From positions 1 to 64,000 of the IMG/VR virus record IMGVR_UViG_3300042195_000059: DNA of 64,000 bases; one strand, written 5' to 3'. Position 1 is the first letter of the stretch. Every line of letters begins with the position of its first letter. The position numbers were made by a program, and so were the translations under genes. This document shows, in pieces, positions 8,840 to 18,299 of the stretch. Source of the DNA: a virus. The notes beneath the pieces are model-generated. The model worked only from the letters and a program-made list of their open reading frames with translations. It was not told where the DNA came from and did not search any database.

Positions 8840-9865
8840 TTAGTCGTTGGTCAGAATGCCGTGGAACAGCATGCCTGATGCGGTCATGTTGCCTGCCCAC
8901 CCGATAAGTCTTATCATCGCATCTTGGTTCACCGAGAAGCGATCCGGATCGAGCGGGACCATGTTCCGCTGCGAATGGGGACGCCAATACAGGTAATCGG
9001 AGTTGATGAAGAACATCGTGCCCGATGGAGCGCCGCCAACCGCGCCGACGCCAGCAGCGCCGAAGGTGTTGCCGTCGTTCACCGAACCCTGGAACCCGCC
9101 GTCGAGAACCACATCCGCATCCATGAACTTCACGGACATGAATCCGGCCTTGGCCATGTCGCTCTTTTCGTCCGTGATGCGCGCGATCGCGTGCAGCGAA
9201 CGATTGTAGACTGACCATGCGGTATTGTCGGCGAGGATCAGGTCAACCCGATCCGGGCCGCGCATGGTGTTGGTCCACATGTTGAGCATGTACTCATAGA
9301 TGTTCGACGGGCTGAGAGCCGCGCCGCCATCGGTGACTGCCCGGTAGGCATAGTTCTGCCAGAACTCCCAAGCAGAACGGTCGATGCCGCCAACGGTACC
9401 GGTAGTCGGAGAAGCATCGATCAGGGCCTGCAGGCCGGTGATCTGTCCCGTAAGGGAGCCGTCCGAATAGGCATCGTAGGCAAGACCGTTGCGGAAGGTA
9501 CGCTCCGCATTCTCGACACGGCTTCCAAGCAGGTCGATGATCGCCTCGCGCCCGGAGTTCTGGAGAAGCTCCAGACCCGAGATGGAGACGGCCACGGCTG
9601 CCTGACGGATGGGATATTCTGCCGCCGTGAAGACATCCGAAGGCTGGATGTTGAGCAGCTCATATCCGCTGTAACGCGAATAGGTGCTGTTATTGGCGTA
9701 TTCGATTTCCTGAACGATCGTGCGACCGCCAGAAAAAGGCTTCTGCTTGCCACGCGCTGACAGCCGGGTCAGGACTGCGTTATTGCGGGTGACAGAATCC
9801 GCTAATTTGCCACTACGGTTCCGAAGTGTGGTAGTGACAATTTCGCTCAGATTGGGAGACACCAT
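8840..9865 (-). CDS. Major capsid protein
   Basis: 341 aa, directly downstream of the scaffold-like gene. N-terminus MVSPNLSEIVTTTLRNRSGKLADSV..FSGGRTIVQEIEY is typical of podovirus-type HK97-fold capsid proteins as I recall them. Confidence 0.7.
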   Translation of the reverse strand: MVSPNLSEIVTTTLRNRSGKLADSVTRNNAVLTRLSARGKQKPFSGGRTIVQEIEYANNSTYSRYSGYELLNIQPSDVFTAAEYPIRQAAVAVSISGLELLQNSGREAIIDLLGSRVENAERTFRNGLAYDAYSDGSLTGQITGLQALIDASPTTGTVGGIDRSAWEFWQNYAYRAVTDGGAALSPSNIYEYMLNMWTNTMRGPDRVDLILADNTAWSVYNRSLHAIARITDEKSDMAKAGFMSVKFMDADVVLDGGFQGSVNDGNTFGAAGVGAVGGAPSGTMFFINSDYLYWRPHSQRNMVPLDPDRFSVNQDAMIRLIGWAGNMTASGMLFHGILTND

Positions 9866-9899
9866 CGTCTCTTTCTCCTATTGAATTGTCGGGAAGGGC

Positions 9900-11126
9900 T
9901 TAAGAGTGGGCGTCCCAGGCGGCGAGAAGATCATCACGCACGGTGCCCTTCGAATTGACAGGCGCTGATACCTGTCCGGAAGGTGCTCCTCTGACCGAAA
10001 CCGATGCGCGCTTGGCGGCTTCGGACTTGGCGCGTTTTTCTTCTGCTAGCCTGTCGGCCTGGGTCTTGCTCTCTTCATTGGTTTTGCGGAGGCGGTCGTT
10101 GATGAGCGCCTCGCGAACCTCCGGGTGGAGGTAGCAAGCCTGTTCGTATGCTTTGGCAAGATCGGTCCGGAAGTCTCCGGTGCGTTCGATCACGCCGGTC
10201 GTAAACAGACGGTTGATCGTCTCTTCGACATCGGAAAAGTAGCGGTACTCAACTGACGATTTGAGTTCGTCGATAACCTTCTGAGCTTGCGAGATCTGGC
10301 GTTCTTGATCCGCCTCCTGCCTGCTTTGAAAGGTGCTTTCGAGAGTGCTCAGTTTCTGCGTCAATGGGTTCAGAGCGGATTGAAGCGCCCTGTTGACGGC
10401 ATCTCTTACATAGGGGTCGTCATACTCGTCCTGACCCGCTGGGGCCGCGCCATTTGTCTGCCCGTTCTGATGGGGCTGGGAGGCTGGCGCTGCGCCTCCA
10501 AACATCTGCTGAAGCTGCTGCCTGCTGATGCCTGCGTTCTGGGCGATCGCGAGCAGTCCGCGCATGGGGTCCTGATTAAGAAGATTTTCAAAGCCGACAT
10601 AGTTTTTCAACGCGGCTTCCAGCGTCGTGCCGGAATTCTTCGCCATCTCGGCATATTGGTCAATGCCCTTGTAGTCTCTCAGCTTGGCGAAGCCGTTATT
10701 GACCTCCTGCTCACGCTTGATAATATCGGCGCGGATATGAGACGGGAGCTGCTCCCACTCGGATTTTGACTTGATCGACCACCCCGGAGGCGGTGCGCCT
10801 TCTGCCTCTGCCGCCAGCGGCTCAGGCTCTTCCTGTGGCGGCTGCTCTTCCGTGGCTGGCTTGTCGGGTGCGGGTTCAGCCTTCGGCTCTTCCTCGCGCT
10901 CCCATTGCGCCCTGACATCTTCTTCCGTAGCTTCGGGAGCGGTTTCCGCCGCTTTGCGAAAGCGGCCTCTTTCATCACGGGCGCGGCTGTCTGTTGGCTC
11001 GGGCGCCGCAACATCCGTTGCAGGCGCGTCACTGTCCGTCCAGCTGTCGAATGCTGCCTCGAGATCGGCGCGCACGGAAGTGTCTTCGGTGGGCGTTGAT
11101 GTCGCCTCCGTCAGGTCGTCTTGCAT
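9900..11126 (-). CDS. Scaffolding protein
   Basis: 408 aa, very acidic with a low-complexity N-half (E/P/A-rich) and a helical C-half. Located between portal-side genes and the capsid gene. Confidence 0.6.
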   Translation of the reverse strand: MQDDLTEATSTPTEDTSVRADLEAAFDSWTDSDAPATDVAAPEPTDSRARDERGRFRKAAETAPEATEEDVRAQWEREEEPKAEPAPDKPATEEQPPQEEPEPLAAEAEGAPPPGWSIKSKSEWEQLPSHIRADIIKREQEVNNGFAKLRDYKGIDQYAEMAKNSGTTLEAALKNYVGFENLLNQDPMRGLLAIAQNAGISRQQLQQMFGGAAPASQPHQNGQTNGAAPAGQDEYDDPYVRDAVNRALQSALNPLTQKLSTLESTFQSRQEADQERQISQAQKVIDELKSSVEYRYFSDVEETINRLFTTGVIERTGDFRTDLAKAYEQACYLHPEVREALINDRLRKTNEESKTQADRLAEEKRAKSEAAKRASVSVRGAPSGQVSAPVNSKGTVRDDLLAAWDAHS

Positions 11127-11175
11127 GGTTTTCCCTTGAGAGTTACTATAAATAAAGGCCGCCGAAGCGACCTGA

Positions 11176-12300
11176 TCATCTGAACCTTACTATCTGCTGG
11201 TCGTCTGGAACGTCCTGCGTTTCCCACGGGGGAGTGGCGCGGCGGTCTTCAGCGCTGAACTTGCGGCGTCTCTGGACGTTGCGGGCTTCGGTTTCGCCAG
11301 CAAGACGGCGATACGCGTCATGCGGATCTGCTGCGGCGCGCAAATTGTTCTCGATAACGAAATCAAAATCGCCGGTCACAGGATCGTAACCATCAGGATT
11401 TTTCCTTGCGCGTTCAAGCGCCTCCTGAAGGGTCTCCCTTGATGGGAATTGCATTGGGCTTCCACCGGGCGCAAAACCTTCTCGCCCTTGCACATTATGC
11501 TGAAGCTCGTGCAGGCCGATGCTCCTTGCGTCGTTCGGGTCAGTCCCTTCTACCAACATATAAGGCCACTTCTCATCGTGCCAATACGCGCCTTTCGGCT
11601 CCAAATCCGGCCCGTAGCTTCCGTACATGTCGGGGACATCGCCGTAAGCGGCAGAATATTCGGGATGATCAAGCCCCGTGAACTTGCCGGACTTGCTTGT
11701 CTGGAACATACCGGCTTTATCCGGAGTGACGCCGCTGAGCTGCGCGGCGCTGTCGTCGATCTCGAACTTCCACTTGCCATCGACGCCTTGCATCCATCCG
11801 GTGTCGCGCCAGATGTCATCACGTGACGCGCCGGAGGATGCCATTTCCTGAGCTTGCGCGAGCGCCTGCTGGTCCGCAGTTTTCGCTGTCGGTCCTGCAA
11901 AGATAGTCGTGGTGCTTCGCGGATCATCCGGATACACAGAGTCCAGCAGCCGGTTGAACCCTTCCGGCAAATTCCGGTCCATCCATGCAGCACCGCGTTT
12001 CGTGCCTCTGGCGACGATGCCAGCGCCGGGGATTGCGCCGACAAGCGCTGTCGCTAAATCACCGTAGTTTGAAGCGGCTTGCCCGTAATCGCCGCGCAAA
12101 AGTGCATCACCTCCCTGTCCGGAGGATTTCCACGCATCATAGAGGGACATCGCCTCGCCGGAGCCGGGAGCCATCCCGAGACCAAATTCAGCGGCTGGAA
12201 TCAGGTTGCGCCATGTCGCTTCCGGCGATATGCCTTGGCCATACGCGAAGATATCGTCAGGCGAGCCTAGCGCCAGATTACGGGCCGTTTGGCTTGGCAT
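11176..12300 (-). CDS. Head-module protein with HExxH zinc-metalloprotease-like motif
   Basis: The motif IGLHELQHNVQGREGF is present. Located between portal and scaffold. Confidence 0.4.
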   Translation of the reverse strand: MPSQTARNLALGSPDDIFAYGQGISPEATWRNLIPAAEFGLGMAPGSGEAMSLYDAWKSSGQGGDALLRGDYGQAASNYGDLATALVGAIPGAGIVARGTKRGAAWMDRNLPEGFNRLLDSVYPDDPRSTTTIFAGPTAKTADQQALAQAQEMASSGASRDDIWRDTGWMQGVDGKWKFEIDDSAAQLSGVTPDKAGMFQTSKSGKFTGLDHPEYSAAYGDVPDMYGSYGPDLEPKGAYWHDEKWPYMLVEGTDPNDARSIGLHELQHNVQGREGFAPGGSPMQFPSRETLQEALERARKNPDGYDPVTGDFDFVIENNLRAAADPHDAYRRLAGETEARNVQRRRKFSAEDRRATPPWETQDVPDDQQIVRFR

Positions 12301-12304
12301 TTGC

Positions 12305-12616
12305 TCAGCGCGACGATAGATCGTCGTAAGCGCGCCCGATGTCTTCCCTCAAGCCGGATGGCAGGGAGCGGTCAACGCGATCGGGGATGGTTTCATTACC
12401 GACTTCGGTAAGACCGCGCGCCCGCGTCTCGGCGCGGAACATCGACTTGCTGTCATAGGTCTGGCCGGTTACGGGATGAACAACGGGGTCCATGACATCA
12501 GAAATGACATGCAGACCTCGCCTTGAAAGCGGGCGCTGCTTCCGTCTGGTCTTGCGGTGCTCGGGAAGAGGGTTTTCTTTCATGAAATCGAGATTCAAGC
12601 CGGTCAGCGATATCAT
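12305..12616 (-). CDS. Hypothetical protein
   Basis: 103-aa ORF. The start overlaps the stop of the small upstream ORF (ATGA). Confidence 0.4.
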   Translation of the reverse strand: MISLTGLNLDFMKENPLPEHRKTRRKQRPLSRRGLHVISDVMDPVVHPVTGQTYDSKSMFRAETRARGLTEVGNETIPDRVDRSLPSGLREDIGRAYDDLSSR

Positions 12617-12768
12617 TGGAGCGCCTTCATTTCCTTGCAGGCATCGCGGGCAAACTTAGGACGGGTGAACTTCTCCAATGATATCAGCACCAGCAGGGGG
12701 CCTCGGTATCCGACGACGGACCAGAGACCTTCTTTGCAGGCGATTGTAAATCGAAGCGGATAGCCCAT
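12613..12768 (-). CDS. Small hypothetical protein (51 aa, below ORF-track cutoff)
   Basis: My translation is MGYPLRFTIACKEGLWSVVGYRGPLLVLISLEKFTRPKFARDACKEMKALQ. A GAGGAAGG RBS lies just upstream of ATG 12768-12766. ATGA overlap with the next gene. Confidence 0.4.
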   Translation of the reverse strand: MGYPLRFTIACKEGLWSVVGYRGPLLVLISLEKFTRPKFARDACKEMKALQ

Positions 12769-12782
12769 AGCCTTCCTCAGTC

Positions 12783-12986
12783 TCATCCGTTATAGCCTCT
12801 CGCCTCTGCCGCCTGCCGCATCATGAGCCATTCCTCGTTCGATGGGTGATAGGCGTTGAAATAACGATCCGTCTCCCATTCGAATTGCCATTTGTTGGGG
12901 TCGAATTCGATGAGCTTCTTGTCAGCCGAAGACATGGCGTCGTACTCGGCGCGGGTGATGTGTTGGGCGTCTTGCCAGTTGGTCAT
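12783..12986 (-). CDS. Hypothetical protein
   Basis: 67-aa ORF. The start overlaps the portal stop by 4 nt. Confidence 0.4.
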   Translation of the reverse strand: MTNWQDAQHITRAEYDAMSSADKKLIEFDPNKWQFEWETDRYFNAYHPSNEEWLMMRQAAEARGYNG

Positions 12987-15568
12987 TTGCTCGCACTCTT
13001 CCCTGCTGCATTCGCCTTGGCTTTCATCGCCTGCTCTGCAATGGTGGCCTTGCGTTCATCGGACTGCGCCTGACGCTCGGCGGAGCGATCATCATACTGC
13101 GCCTGGCGTTCTTGCGCCTCGGCATCGTAAGCGGCTTTCATCTGCATGTTCTGTGACTGAATCTGCAGTTTTTGACCTTCCATTGCAACATTCGCCTGGA
13201 GTTTTTCCATCTCCATTTGATGTTTCAGCATTTCGATCTGGGTTTTGCGGACCATCTCAGCCATTTTCATCTCGTATTCTTTTTCTTTGAACTGCATTTC
13301 CATTTGGCTGAGCTGGGCTTGCCGTTGGTCTTCAGCTTGCTGGCGCTGCGCTTCCGCCTGCATTTCTTGCTGACGGGCTTGCATCTCCATCTGCATCTTC
13401 TCGGCTTCGGCCTTCGCCTTGATCTCTTCCGGAGATGGCTGCGGAGGCTTGGGCTGCTTGGCGTCTTTTTCGAGGGCGTCTAAAGTTTCCTCGAAGCTGG
13501 TCTCCAACTCGCGCCCGGCGCGGAAGCCACGGACACCGAACAGAAGCATTTTGCCGAGCAGCGGGCGAAGCTCCGGCGCGGCCATCCCGATTTCGAGCGC
13601 CTGTCCGAGGAACCCGCTTGCCGCCGTCAGGAACTCGACGCGCGACTGCTTTTCGCTCTCGGGGTCAGGATCGATCGTCGAATCCGTCTCGATGTCAATC
13701 CTGAAGCCGCGCAGCTTGTCATTGCGCAGAAGCTCGACGGCGGCAGCGAAATCCGCCATTGCTTTTTCCCGGACCGCAACCATAGGATCGACGGGCGGCG
13801 GCATCTGGATCGGCGTACCGCCTTGCGGCAGGGGCGGAGCCATTGGAAGCATGCCCTGCTGTGGCGGCATCGGTCCGGGCTGTGGCCCTTGCGGAGGCAT
13901 CGCGCCTTGCGGCGGCATGGGAGGCGCACCGGCTGGCATCTCCGGGCCGCCTTGCATCGGAGGTGGCCCCTGCATTGGAGGCTGTGGCGGCCCTTGTGGC
14001 GGCATCTGGGGACCGCCCATCGGTGGCCCGCCATTGTGGCCCATCATCGGAGGCGGTGCAGGCTGCTCCGGCATATCCGGCGGCAGATGGTCCTCGATAC
14101 CCCATTGCTCATAGCTTGACATCAGGAAGATCGTCTCCGGCGAGAAATGCTCGGCGATGATCTCCGCCATGATGATCAGCGTGTCACGCGTGAACCGGCT
14201 CAACTCGGCCTGACGGTCCTGCAGGCGCAGATTGGCGAACTGCCCCTTGATGCGCTGCTCGGTCGCGGTCTTTGCCGACCCGCTCGACATGCCCCGCACA
14301 ATATCGGATATGCCGGTGATCTCGTAAAGATCGTTCTTGACCTGCTGGCGGGCTTCGTAAAGACGGATAAGGACTTCCGCCATTTCCTTGATCGGAAGGA
14401 ACGAGACGCCGCCGGGAATGCCGCCCTTTTCGGACAACGCTGCCCAGTTGTCGCACGGATAGAGTTTGTTCTCGTCGCCGTCTTCCAGAAGCCTGCGAAG
14501 CTCGGGGATGCTGGCGTCATACACGCCGGCCGCCCTGATGGCATCCGTCAGTAGCGAAATCCGTGTCGTCAGGTCGTCAAGCTCTTGCGCCTGATCCTTG
14601 TACTGGTGATAATCAGGTACGGGAACGACGCTGTTTGTCGTCACCGTGGATACACATGCGTCAGGCGTTGGCCAGAAGCAATGCAGCTTCAGCGGATCGT
14701 CAACCACTTCAAGCGGCTGCTCGGTCCAGGATTCAGCCAGGAAGATGACCTTACGGCTTTCCTTGTCCCATATTTCCCAGACGGTGGCCTTCTTCAGCAG
14801 CTCGTTTTCAGGCTTGGAGGCTTCGCTTGCATCCATTCCCGCCGGGCAGTGATCGAGCGGGATGGACTGAAGCTGCTGTTTCGTCAGCTTGCTGAAGCGC
14901 TTCTTCAGTTGATCCCGCGACAGGAATGCACGCTTGGCCTTCCATGTGATTTCATCTTCGACACGAGCCGGAGAGCATAGATAGTCTTCCCAATGCACGT
15001 AATCAACGCAGGTCTTTTCGCTGATGACGGCGGGATCATAGCTTTCTTCCGCAGCCATTGCCTCATCAGGCTGAGGTTGCGCCGCCTCGCCGCCTTCCGA
15101 GAGGGAAAGCTTGTCGTCAATCCCTTCGTACTCTGGCTCGTAGCGTATCCAGTTGACGCCCTGCCCGGTCAGCAGGTAATCGTCACGGCAAAGCTTGACC
15201 GTCTTGTGAAAATAGCCGACTTCGATCTGGTAGGCCAGCGTCCGTTCCAGCAATCGACAAGCAATGCGTCCGATAGGATCGCGGTCGCGGTAGCGGCGCT
15301 CGACGATCGGCTGTGGCGCTTTGGAATAGACCGCCGGCCCGAGCGTCTGGACATTCGACCACAGGACATTGAACCGGCAGTTCGTGTCCTTCTCGCCGCG
15401 CTCGTCACGATAGCGCTTGATGATCTTGCGGCAATCCTTGACCCAGGTCTTGCGCTCTTTCTGAGCAAGAGCAATCTCGGTCTTCCAGCGGCGGGCCATA
15501 GACTCCGGCGTGCTGCCGAAGTCTGCAATGCTCTCTACGGAGCGCGTATCGGCAGCGGTTTCAGCCAT
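12983..15568 (-). CDS. Portal protein with P/G/M/Q-rich insertion and Q/E/M-rich C-terminal coil
   Basis: 861 aa, second gene after TerL. Size and position are typical of a portal. See findings for the low-complexity segments. Confidence 0.7.
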   Translation of the reverse strand: MAETAADTRSVESIADFGSTPESMARRWKTEIALAQKERKTWVKDCRKIIKRYRDERGEKDTNCRFNVLWSNVQTLGPAVYSKAPQPIVERRYRDRDPIGRIACRLLERTLAYQIEVGYFHKTVKLCRDDYLLTGQGVNWIRYEPEYEGIDDKLSLSEGGEAAQPQPDEAMAAEESYDPAVISEKTCVDYVHWEDYLCSPARVEDEITWKAKRAFLSRDQLKKRFSKLTKQQLQSIPLDHCPAGMDASEASKPENELLKKATVWEIWDKESRKVIFLAESWTEQPLEVVDDPLKLHCFWPTPDACVSTVTTNSVVPVPDYHQYKDQAQELDDLTTRISLLTDAIRAAGVYDASIPELRRLLEDGDENKLYPCDNWAALSEKGGIPGGVSFLPIKEMAEVLIRLYEARQQVKNDLYEITGISDIVRGMSSGSAKTATEQRIKGQFANLRLQDRQAELSRFTRDTLIIMAEIIAEHFSPETIFLMSSYEQWGIEDHLPPDMPEQPAPPPMMGHNGGPPMGGPQMPPQGPPQPPMQGPPPMQGGPEMPAGAPPMPPQGAMPPQGPQPGPMPPQQGMLPMAPPLPQGGTPIQMPPPVDPMVAVREKAMADFAAAVELLRNDKLRGFRIDIETDSTIDPDPESEKQSRVEFLTAASGFLGQALEIGMAAPELRPLLGKMLLFGVRGFRAGRELETSFEETLDALEKDAKQPKPPQPSPEEIKAKAEAEKMQMEMQARQQEMQAEAQRQQAEDQRQAQLSQMEMQFKEKEYEMKMAEMVRKTQIEMLKHQMEMEKLQANVAMEGQKLQIQSQNMQMKAAYDAEAQERQAQYDDRSAERQAQSDERKATIAEQAMKAKANAAGKSASK

Positions 15569-15888
15569 TAGGAAGCGTTACCGTGGCCGGCGTAGCCAGC
15601 GGTGACGTACACCGGACTTGCATCAGTGCCCACGCTCTCAATCGAGACATGCGTCGCACCAGCGGGCACCATGAAAAACGCGCGTTCGCCCGCCGCCACC
15701 GTCACGTGAGTAGGCCCGGCCTCAACTGTCGAAGCCCCAAAGGCAATGAAAATCCCCTCTGAACTGGTGTTCAGAACGCATACAACAATTGCATTGCTCC
15801 CACTAGGTCTTGGCAGAACATCCGTGTCATGAGTTGCGCCTGATGTAAGCTCAACGCTGTTCGCAGCCTGCTGAAAGACTATTCCCAT
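15568..15888 (-). CDS. Hypothetical protein between TerL and portal
   Basis: 106-aa ORF with start/stop overlaps on both sides. Confidence 0.4.
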   Translation of the reverse strand: MGIVFQQAANSVELTSGATHDTDVLPRPSGSNAIVVCVLNTSSEGIFIAFGASTVEAGPTHVTVAAGERAFFMVPAGATHVSIESVGTDASPVYVTAGYAGHGNAS

Positions 15889-17249
15889 TATGATCTCCTG
15901 CGAGCCTTGCGCTCATGCTGAGCCCATAGGTCTTCGAGTGTAACTTGGTTGGGTGGCGGGTTAGGGCCGATCTGGAGGACGCGGCCGCGTTCCGGTGCTT
16001 CAGGCGCTTTAGATGCGAGCATCACCTGACAGCCGTAGGAGAACCCGTCACTCGGATGGCTTGCCCAATTATGCTTTGGCTCTTTCATGAAAACCTGAAG
16101 GTCTGGGTTCCACTCGTATTCCCAGGCTCTCAAGCCATCGAGGCCGCGCTCACAGTTGGTCTCATGAAACTCACACTTGCGGATAACTGTACGAGCTGCG
16201 TTGATACGGTCAGACTTGGTGGCGACTGGAACGATCGCGACCTTGTCGCCACCAAACGCTGACAGGAACTGCTCAAGCGCAGTGTGCTTGCTCTGAAAAG
16301 TCTTGTTTCTGGCATCGTGCGGCAAGTAGATTTTGCCCAGATTCGTCCAGCCACGCATTGTCAGGCGTTCTTGCAGACGCGGAATCCACTCCTGCGCCTC
16401 TAGGCCGCTGTCCTCGTCATAGTCGAGCAGGCCGAAACCGCCAATGCGGCGTTGCCAGAACCACCATGAAGCCGTGTCACGAAAACCGATGTCGCTACTG
16501 ATCTCGATCGGAGCACCGTTTGGCTCGTACTCGACGTGATCACCAATGCGACCTTCCTTCTCGGCGTTGCCGACCCATCTACCGAGGATCGCGCCTGCCT
16601 GAAGGCCATAGCCGCCTTCCCAGACGTGTTCCGCCGCATCGGGGTCGGTGGCGAAATCGTGGTCTCGCTCCTTGCGAAGCACTTCGGGAAACCATGGATT
16701 GTCCCGCCAGTTGACCTGTACGCTTACTGCATCAGGATGCGGGTTTTTACGGAAGAACATGTCCACCGCGTCGGTGCGGTTTCGAGGGTTCCAGCCAAAC
16801 CACAGCTCGGAGCCTTCTTTACGTATCGTCGGCCGAAGCAATTCCAGCGACATGGCCGAAAGTGTTTGCGCTTCTTCAACCCAGGCGATGTCATACGCTT
16901 CAAGCGACTTAATGCTGTCTGCGTTGTAAGACTGCATGCCGCGAAAGATGATCAGCGAGCCGTTCTTGCCTCTGATCTCATTATCGAGAACGTCGAAGTG
17001 TCCAACAAGATCAAGTTTGCGGATCTTATCGACGAGGAGCTGCCTAACGCTGTCCCGGATGGTGTTCTGAACTTCGCGAATGCAGACGATGCGGGTAGGC
17101 TTGGCGTAGCAGCGTATGATTGCCTGCTCGGCAAAGAAGTGTGACTTGGCCCCGCCTCTACCGCCATATGCGCCTTTGTATCGTGCTGGCTTTAAAAGTG
17201 GTGCCAGCGCACGAGGGACATCAACCCTCAGAAGCGTTGTCGATGACAC
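15888..17249 (-). CDS. terL: Terminase large subunit (PBSX/Terminase_6-like)
   Basis: Walker A-like YGGRGGAKSHFF near the N-terminus. IAWVEEAQ Walker B-like. 453 aa. Confidence 0.9.
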   Translation of the reverse strand: MSSTTLLRVDVPRALAPLLKPARYKGAYGGRGGAKSHFFAEQAIIRCYAKPTRIVCIREVQNTIRDSVRQLLVDKIRKLDLVGHFDVLDNEIRGKNGSLIIFRGMQSYNADSIKSLEAYDIAWVEEAQTLSAMSLELLRPTIRKEGSELWFGWNPRNRTDAVDMFFRKNPHPDAVSVQVNWRDNPWFPEVLRKERDHDFATDPDAAEHVWEGGYGLQAGAILGRWVGNAEKEGRIGDHVEYEPNGAPIEISSDIGFRDTASWWFWQRRIGGFGLLDYDEDSGLEAQEWIPRLQERLTMRGWTNLGKIYLPHDARNKTFQSKHTALEQFLSAFGGDKVAIVPVATKSDRINAARTVIRKCEFHETNCERGLDGLRAWEYEWNPDLQVFMKEPKHNWASHPSDGFSYGCQVMLASKAPEAPERGRVLQIGPNPPPNQVTLEDLWAQHERKARRRS

Positions 17250-17730
17250 GAAATTCTACGACGCCGACTTGATGCTGAATTGGATTGTCTTTATCGCCGG
17301 CAAGTTGGATCTTGTCGCCATACTCAGCCCTGAAGCGAGCGGCCATTGACTTGTTCCAGAGATTGGCGTTGAAGTCTTTGTCTTTCAAATTGGTGCGAGC
17401 TTCTTTCTCCCAGAAAGCTTGCTCAAGCTCCTTTGCACGCGTTAAAGCTGACGAAAAGACAGGATGCACGTCACACCATGAACGCATCGTCGTGCGAGGC
17501 ACATTGATCTCAGCGGAGATTTCGCATTCGCTGTATCCATGCCTTCCGAGGTCCATCACAAGGGCGCACATTGAATCGTGATACTCAGGTACATTCATCC
17601 ATGACGGTCTGCCGCCAGTGCTGATAGGCTTCGTCTCCTCACTCACCTTTACCTTAAGCGCAATTCCATCAGATGATGATTTAGCGCGGGGCTTGCGTTT
17701 GGTGGTGGGTGATTTAGGAGCGCGGGGCAT
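17221..17730 (-). CDS. terS: Terminase small subunit (HTH)
   Basis: 169 aa, immediately upstream of TerL and overlapping it. ..ECEISAEINVPRTTMRSWCDVHPVFSSALTRAKE.. matches the usual TerS HTH pattern. Confidence 0.7.
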   Translation of the reverse strand: MPRAPKSPTTKRKPRAKSSSDGIALKVKVSEETKPISTGGRPSWMNVPEYHDSMCALVMDLGRHGYSECEISAEINVPRTTMRSWCDVHPVFSSALTRAKELEQAFWEKEARTNLKDKDFNANLWNKSMAARFRAEYGDKIQLAGDKDNPIQHQVGVVEFRVIDNASEG

Positions 17731-17971
17731 GCTTATCTTTGTAGTACCCTGTTTTAAAATATGAGATCAAAGTCAGCACTGCGAACAAAAGTGCGCCGAG
17801 GCAGACCGTTCCAACCACAAGTACGATAGCCACTTCCTGCGAAATTACGGCTAATGAAGCAAAAATCAGAATGCTGATCCCGAAAGCAGACCTTATCCCC
17901 TCCCAGTAATGGCGGGTTTCGTAATAAAACTGCTCACGGGCAGTCTTGGGCTCTAACTTAGGATTCGGCAT
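17714..17971 (-). CDS. Small membrane protein
   Basis: 85 aa with two hydrophobic helices (ISILIFASLAVISQEVAIVLVVGTVCLGALLFAVLTLI). Confidence 0.4.
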   Translation of the reverse strand: MPNPKLEPKTAREQFYYETRHYWEGIRSAFGISILIFASLAVISQEVAIVLVVGTVCLGALLFAVLTLISYFKTGYYKDKHAPRS

Positions 17972-18152
17972 TGGTCTTCTTCATGGCGTCTAGCTTTAGA
18001 TGCTGCATGAGCGGGCTGTTTCTGACCACATTATCAGAAAAGACTGTGTGGTTCTCACGCAAGGTGCTCGTGAGCATCTCCTGAATGACTGGCGGCTTTT
18101 CAATACCTAGTGCACGCAAGACTCGATGATATAGCCGATTGAAAAATGTCAT
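17958..18152 (-). CDS. Hypothetical protein
   Basis: 64-aa ORF, first gene after the hairpin pair. Confidence 0.3.
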   Translation of the reverse strand: MTFFNRLYHRVLRALGIEKPPVIQEMLTSTLRENHTVFSDNVVRNSPLMQHLKLDAMKKTNAES

Positions 18153-18214
18153 TCCTTAGCTCCTGCTCTACGCTTGCGCACACCAACACCCGAGAATCCA
18201 GAGAAAATTTGATG

Positions 18215-18288
18215 TAAAAGACGCGGATGTCGGCCTTGTACCCGACATCCGCGTATGCGTTCCCGCAGGATTTGCCTGACGCGGGAAC
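18215..18288 (-). terminator. Tandem hairpins upstream of the packaging/late genes; the promoter-distal one is an intrinsic terminator
   Basis: 13-bp perfect stem 18221-18233/18242-18254, followed on the minus strand by CTTTT. A second 8-bp stem lies at 18259-18266/18281-18288. Confidence 0.5.
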
Positions 18289-18299
18289 CCGAATCAATA

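Noticed and set aside
13419-14160. Cluster of 90-230-aa ORFs in several frames on both strands
   Set aside because: All lie inside the portal gene's Pro/Gly-rich segment, where the repetitive GC-rich DNA lacks stops in most frames. The portal frame is continuous with well-behaved flanks.
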